Source of the DNA: an uncultured delta proteobacterium
Lineage (GTDB): Bacteria; Desulfobacterota; Syntrophobacteria; Syntrophobacterales; Syntrophobacteraceae
Length of the DNA: 64,000 nucleotides
Direction of reading: 5' to 3'
Assembly (NCBI GenBank): GCA_963808625.1
Contig: CAWEHK010000023.1
Coordinates: forward strand, 32,687-96,686
Position numbers and translations under genes: made by a program. Below the pieces are notes generated by a model. That model was not told the DNA's origin and searched no databases. It saw only the letters and a list, made by a program, of their open reading frames with translations. The stretch's first letter is position 1; the number at the start of each line of letters is the position of its first letter. Positions 60,935-64,000 of this stretch are shown in pieces.

Positions 60935-63459
60935 ATGATTGGTGCCGTCCTGAAAAAGATTTTTGGCAGTCAGAATGAGCGAAACCTCAAGCGCATTGTC
61001 CCCCTTGTGGATGAAGTCAATCAATTCGAACAGGCCATCGAGAAATTGAGCGACGACCAGCTCCGAGCCAAGACCGGGGAATTCCGGGAGCGCCTGGCAA
61101 AGGACGAACCCCTCGATGACCTCCTTCCCGAAGCCTTTGCCGTGGCGAGAGAAGCATCGATTCGGACGCTGGGGATGCGTCCTTTTGATGTCCAGGTGAT
61201 CGGTGGGATCGTCCTGCACCAGGGAACCATCGCCGAAATGAAGACCGGTGAAGGGAAGACCCTGGTCGCTACCATGCCGATCTATCTCAATGCCCTGACC
61301 GGCAGGGGAGTGCATCTCGTAACGGTAAATGATTACCTGGCCCGCCGCGACAGCGAATGGATGGGACAGATCTACAGGTTTCTGGGGCTGAATGTCGGCT
61401 GCATCGTTCACGGGCTGGATGATCGCGAGCGCAAGGAAGCCTACCAGGCGGACGTGACCTACGGGACGAACAACGAGTTCGGCTTCGATTATTTGCGCGA
61501 CAATATGAAGTTTCGCATCGATGACATGGTCCAGCGGGACCTCCACTATGCCATCGTCGATGAGGTGGACAGCATTCTCATCGACGAAGCGCGGACGCCG
61601 CTCATCATTTCGGGACCGGCGGAAAAATCGACCGAGCTCTATTACCGCATCAATCGGATCATCCCCCAGTTGCACGCAGAGATTCATTACACCAGGGAGG
61701 AAAAGAGTCGCACCGTGGCCCTGACCGAAGAGGGAGTGGCGCGGTCGGAGAGTCTTCTGGGAGTGGAGAATCTTTACGATCCGCGCAACATCGACATCCT
61801 CCACCATGTGCAGCAGGCGTTGAATGCCCACACGCTCTTCAAGCGGGACGTGGACTACATCGTCAAGGGTGGGCAGGTGATCATCGTCGATGAGTTCACC
61901 GGGCGAATCATGCCGGGGCGCCGCTACAGCGAAGGGCTGCATCAGGCCCTGGAAGCCAAGGAAAATGTCAAGATCGAGAATGAAAACCAGACCCTGGCGT
62001 CCATCACCTTTCAGAACTACTTCCGCATGTATGACAAGCTGGCCGGCATGACCGGCACCGCGGAGACCGAAGCCGCCGAGTTTGCCAAGATCTACAAGCT
62101 GGAGGTCGTGGTCATTCCGACCCACAGGAAGATGATTCGCACCGACTATCCGGACTGCATTTACCGGACGGAGAAAGAAAAATTCCGGGCGGTGGCGGAA
62201 GAAATCAAAGAATTGCATGACATCGGCCGTCCGGTATTGGTGGGGACGGTGAGTATCGAAAAATCCGAACGGCTGAGTGAAATGCTCAAGAGGCAGGGCG
62301 TTCCGCACCAGGTGCTGAATGCCAAGCATCACGAACAGGAAGCGGAAATCGTGGCCCAGGCAGGACAGCCCGGGACCGTTACGATCTCCACCAACATGGC
62401 CGGGCGCGGGACCGATATCGTCCTTGGGTCTGGGCGTGGCTGGCAAGGGAGGGCTGCACATCCTTGGCACCGAACGCCATGAAGCCCGCCGCATCGACAA
62501 CCAGCTCCGCGGCCGCTCCGGGCGCCAGGGTGATCCGGGATCGTCGCGGTTTTACCTCTCTCTCGAAGACGATTTGATGCGCATCTTCGCTGCCGAACGC
62601 CTGTCCGGCCTGATGCAGCGGATCGGCATGGAGGAGGATGAGCCCATCGAGCACCGCATGATCAGCCGTGCCATCGAGAACGCTCAGAGCCGGGTCGAAG
62701 CACAGAACTTCAGCATCCGCAAGCAATTGATCGAATACGATGACGTCATGAACCAGCAGCGGGAAGTGATCTACCGGCAGCGGCGCGAAGCCCTGCAGGG
62801 CGGCGACCTCAAGCCGGTGATCCTGGACATGATCGAAGACTTGGTGAATGGCCTCGTGCGGAATGCACCGCTGAAAAAACCTTCGCCGAAGATTGGGACC
62901 TCGAGAAGCTCAATATCGAATTCGCCCGCTTCTTCGGGATCCAGCTGAACGTGACCGTGGAATCGCTGGGGGATACCAGCCAGGAGGACCTTCTGGACGA
63001 CCTCTGGAAGCCGGTTCGCGAGCGATACGAGGCGCGAGAACAGGAATTCGGGCCGACGGTGATGCAGGACCTGCAAAATTACGTCTTGCTTCAGACCGTG
63101 GACAGCTCTGGAAAGACCACCTCCTCAACATGGACCATCTGAAGGAGGGGATTGGCCTGCGCGGCTATGGGCAGCGGGACCCGCTGGTGGCGTACAAGCG
63201 TGAGGCGCACCAGCTCTTCCAGGACATGATCGAGCGGGTGAAGGAAGAAACCGTCCGGCTTGATCTTTCACATCCAGATTCAGCGCGAAGAACAGGTGCA
63301 GCAGCTGCGGAAGGAACAGGAAGATCAACCCATGTTTTATGGACCGGCCGACGGCGGGGCGTCCGACCGCAGGCTGTGAGAAAGGATCGGAAAGTTGGCC
63401 GAAATGATCCCTGTCCCTGTGGAAGCGGGAAAAAATACAAAAAGTGTTGCGGTAAGTAG
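60935..63459 (+). CDS. secA: Preprotein translocase SecA (several apparent sequencing frameshifts)
   Basis: [63 protein letters not shown]. Confidence 0.97.
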
Positions 63460-64000
63460 AGAGCCATTTGTCGTCCCGGGTTTCGGGTCTCGGCCGCGGC
63501 GTCGGGCATGCGCTATACCGGGCCGGCCGGACCTGGCGCTGATCGTGGCGGATGGGGAAGACGGGCGCGACCGCTGCCGGAGTGTTCACGAAAAACGAGT
63601 TTTGCGCCGCTCCCATCATTGTTTGTGAGGAGCACCTGCGGGAGTCTTTAGCGACGGCGGGGATTCTCATCAATGCGGGCATTGCCAATGCGTGTACCGG
63701 TGAGACGGGGTTGTTGCGGGCCCGCGAGACGGCCCGCCTCGTCGCTAAAGCCCTCGAGGTCCCCGCCGGAAGAAATCCTCCTCGCCTCAACCGGAGTGAT
63801 CGGGATGCAACTGGAGGTGGGACCTGTCGCCCGGTCGCTTCCCGAACTTGTGGGAGGATTGCGGGTTGATGGCTGGGATCAGGTTGCCCGCGCCATCATG
63901 ACCACCGACACGGTGCCGAAACTGGCCAGTGCCCAGGTGGAGATTGACGGGAAGCTTATCACCATCGGAGGAGTTGCCAAAGGGGCCGGCATGATTGCGC
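63446..64000 (+). CDS. argJ: Ornithine acetyltransferase/N-acetylglutamate synthase, partial and frameshifted
   Basis: VPGF, DLALI, AGVFT.N.F.AAP, NAG.ANACTG, STGVIG, IMTTDT.PK, AKGAGMI. Confidence 0.9.

Noticed and set aside
60935..64000. Multiple frameshifts in secA and argJ (also purF, apgM, nif3, MFS, kinase, GNAT, PIG-L, desulfurase, DUF1571) as pseudogenes or programmed frameshifts
   Set aside because: They are single-base indels, often in short homopolymers, and they hit essential genes; long-read sequencing error is the simplest explanation.

Overview
Bacterial chromosomal window, most likely an anaerobic Desulfobacterota/deltaproteobacterium. A Syntrophobacterales-like lineage is inferred from gene content (Fe-ADH, ASKHA/RACE, rubredoxin, FdhD, dnaG-rpoD-tRNA-Nif3 synteny). 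Single-base indels break many genes, including essential secA, so the assembly looks like unpolished long-read data. The left ~42 kb is an accessory patchwork: Cys-less PurF, an E1alpha/E1beta/GalT-like operon without E2/E3, a GEMM-I riboswitch upstream of a STAND-type nucleotide cyclase, two paralogous Cys-rich unknown proteins, an IS66 remnant, CheB-CheR plus a PAS kinase, and a decayed qNor/ferredoxin/rubredoxin cluster. The right ~22 kb is housekeeping (alaC-hom-apgM, hisA, yqeY-dnaG-rpoD-tRNA(CAU), prs, fdhD, secA, argJ). Intergenic spaces hold several MITE/REP families. The best candidate for an undescribed system is the 28.7-37 kb cluster: an MshA-like glycosyltransferase, a PIG-L deacetylase, a double GNAT, two Gfo/Idh oxidoreductases, a glyoxalase-II-like hydrolase, and a Ser-His peptidase-S51 domain fused to an apparently intact CysRS anticodon-binding domain. 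I infer a mycothiol-like thiol pathway in which cysteine may be delivered from Cys-tRNA(Cys) instead of by MshC. This is a hypothesis from motifs and context; no searches were run.
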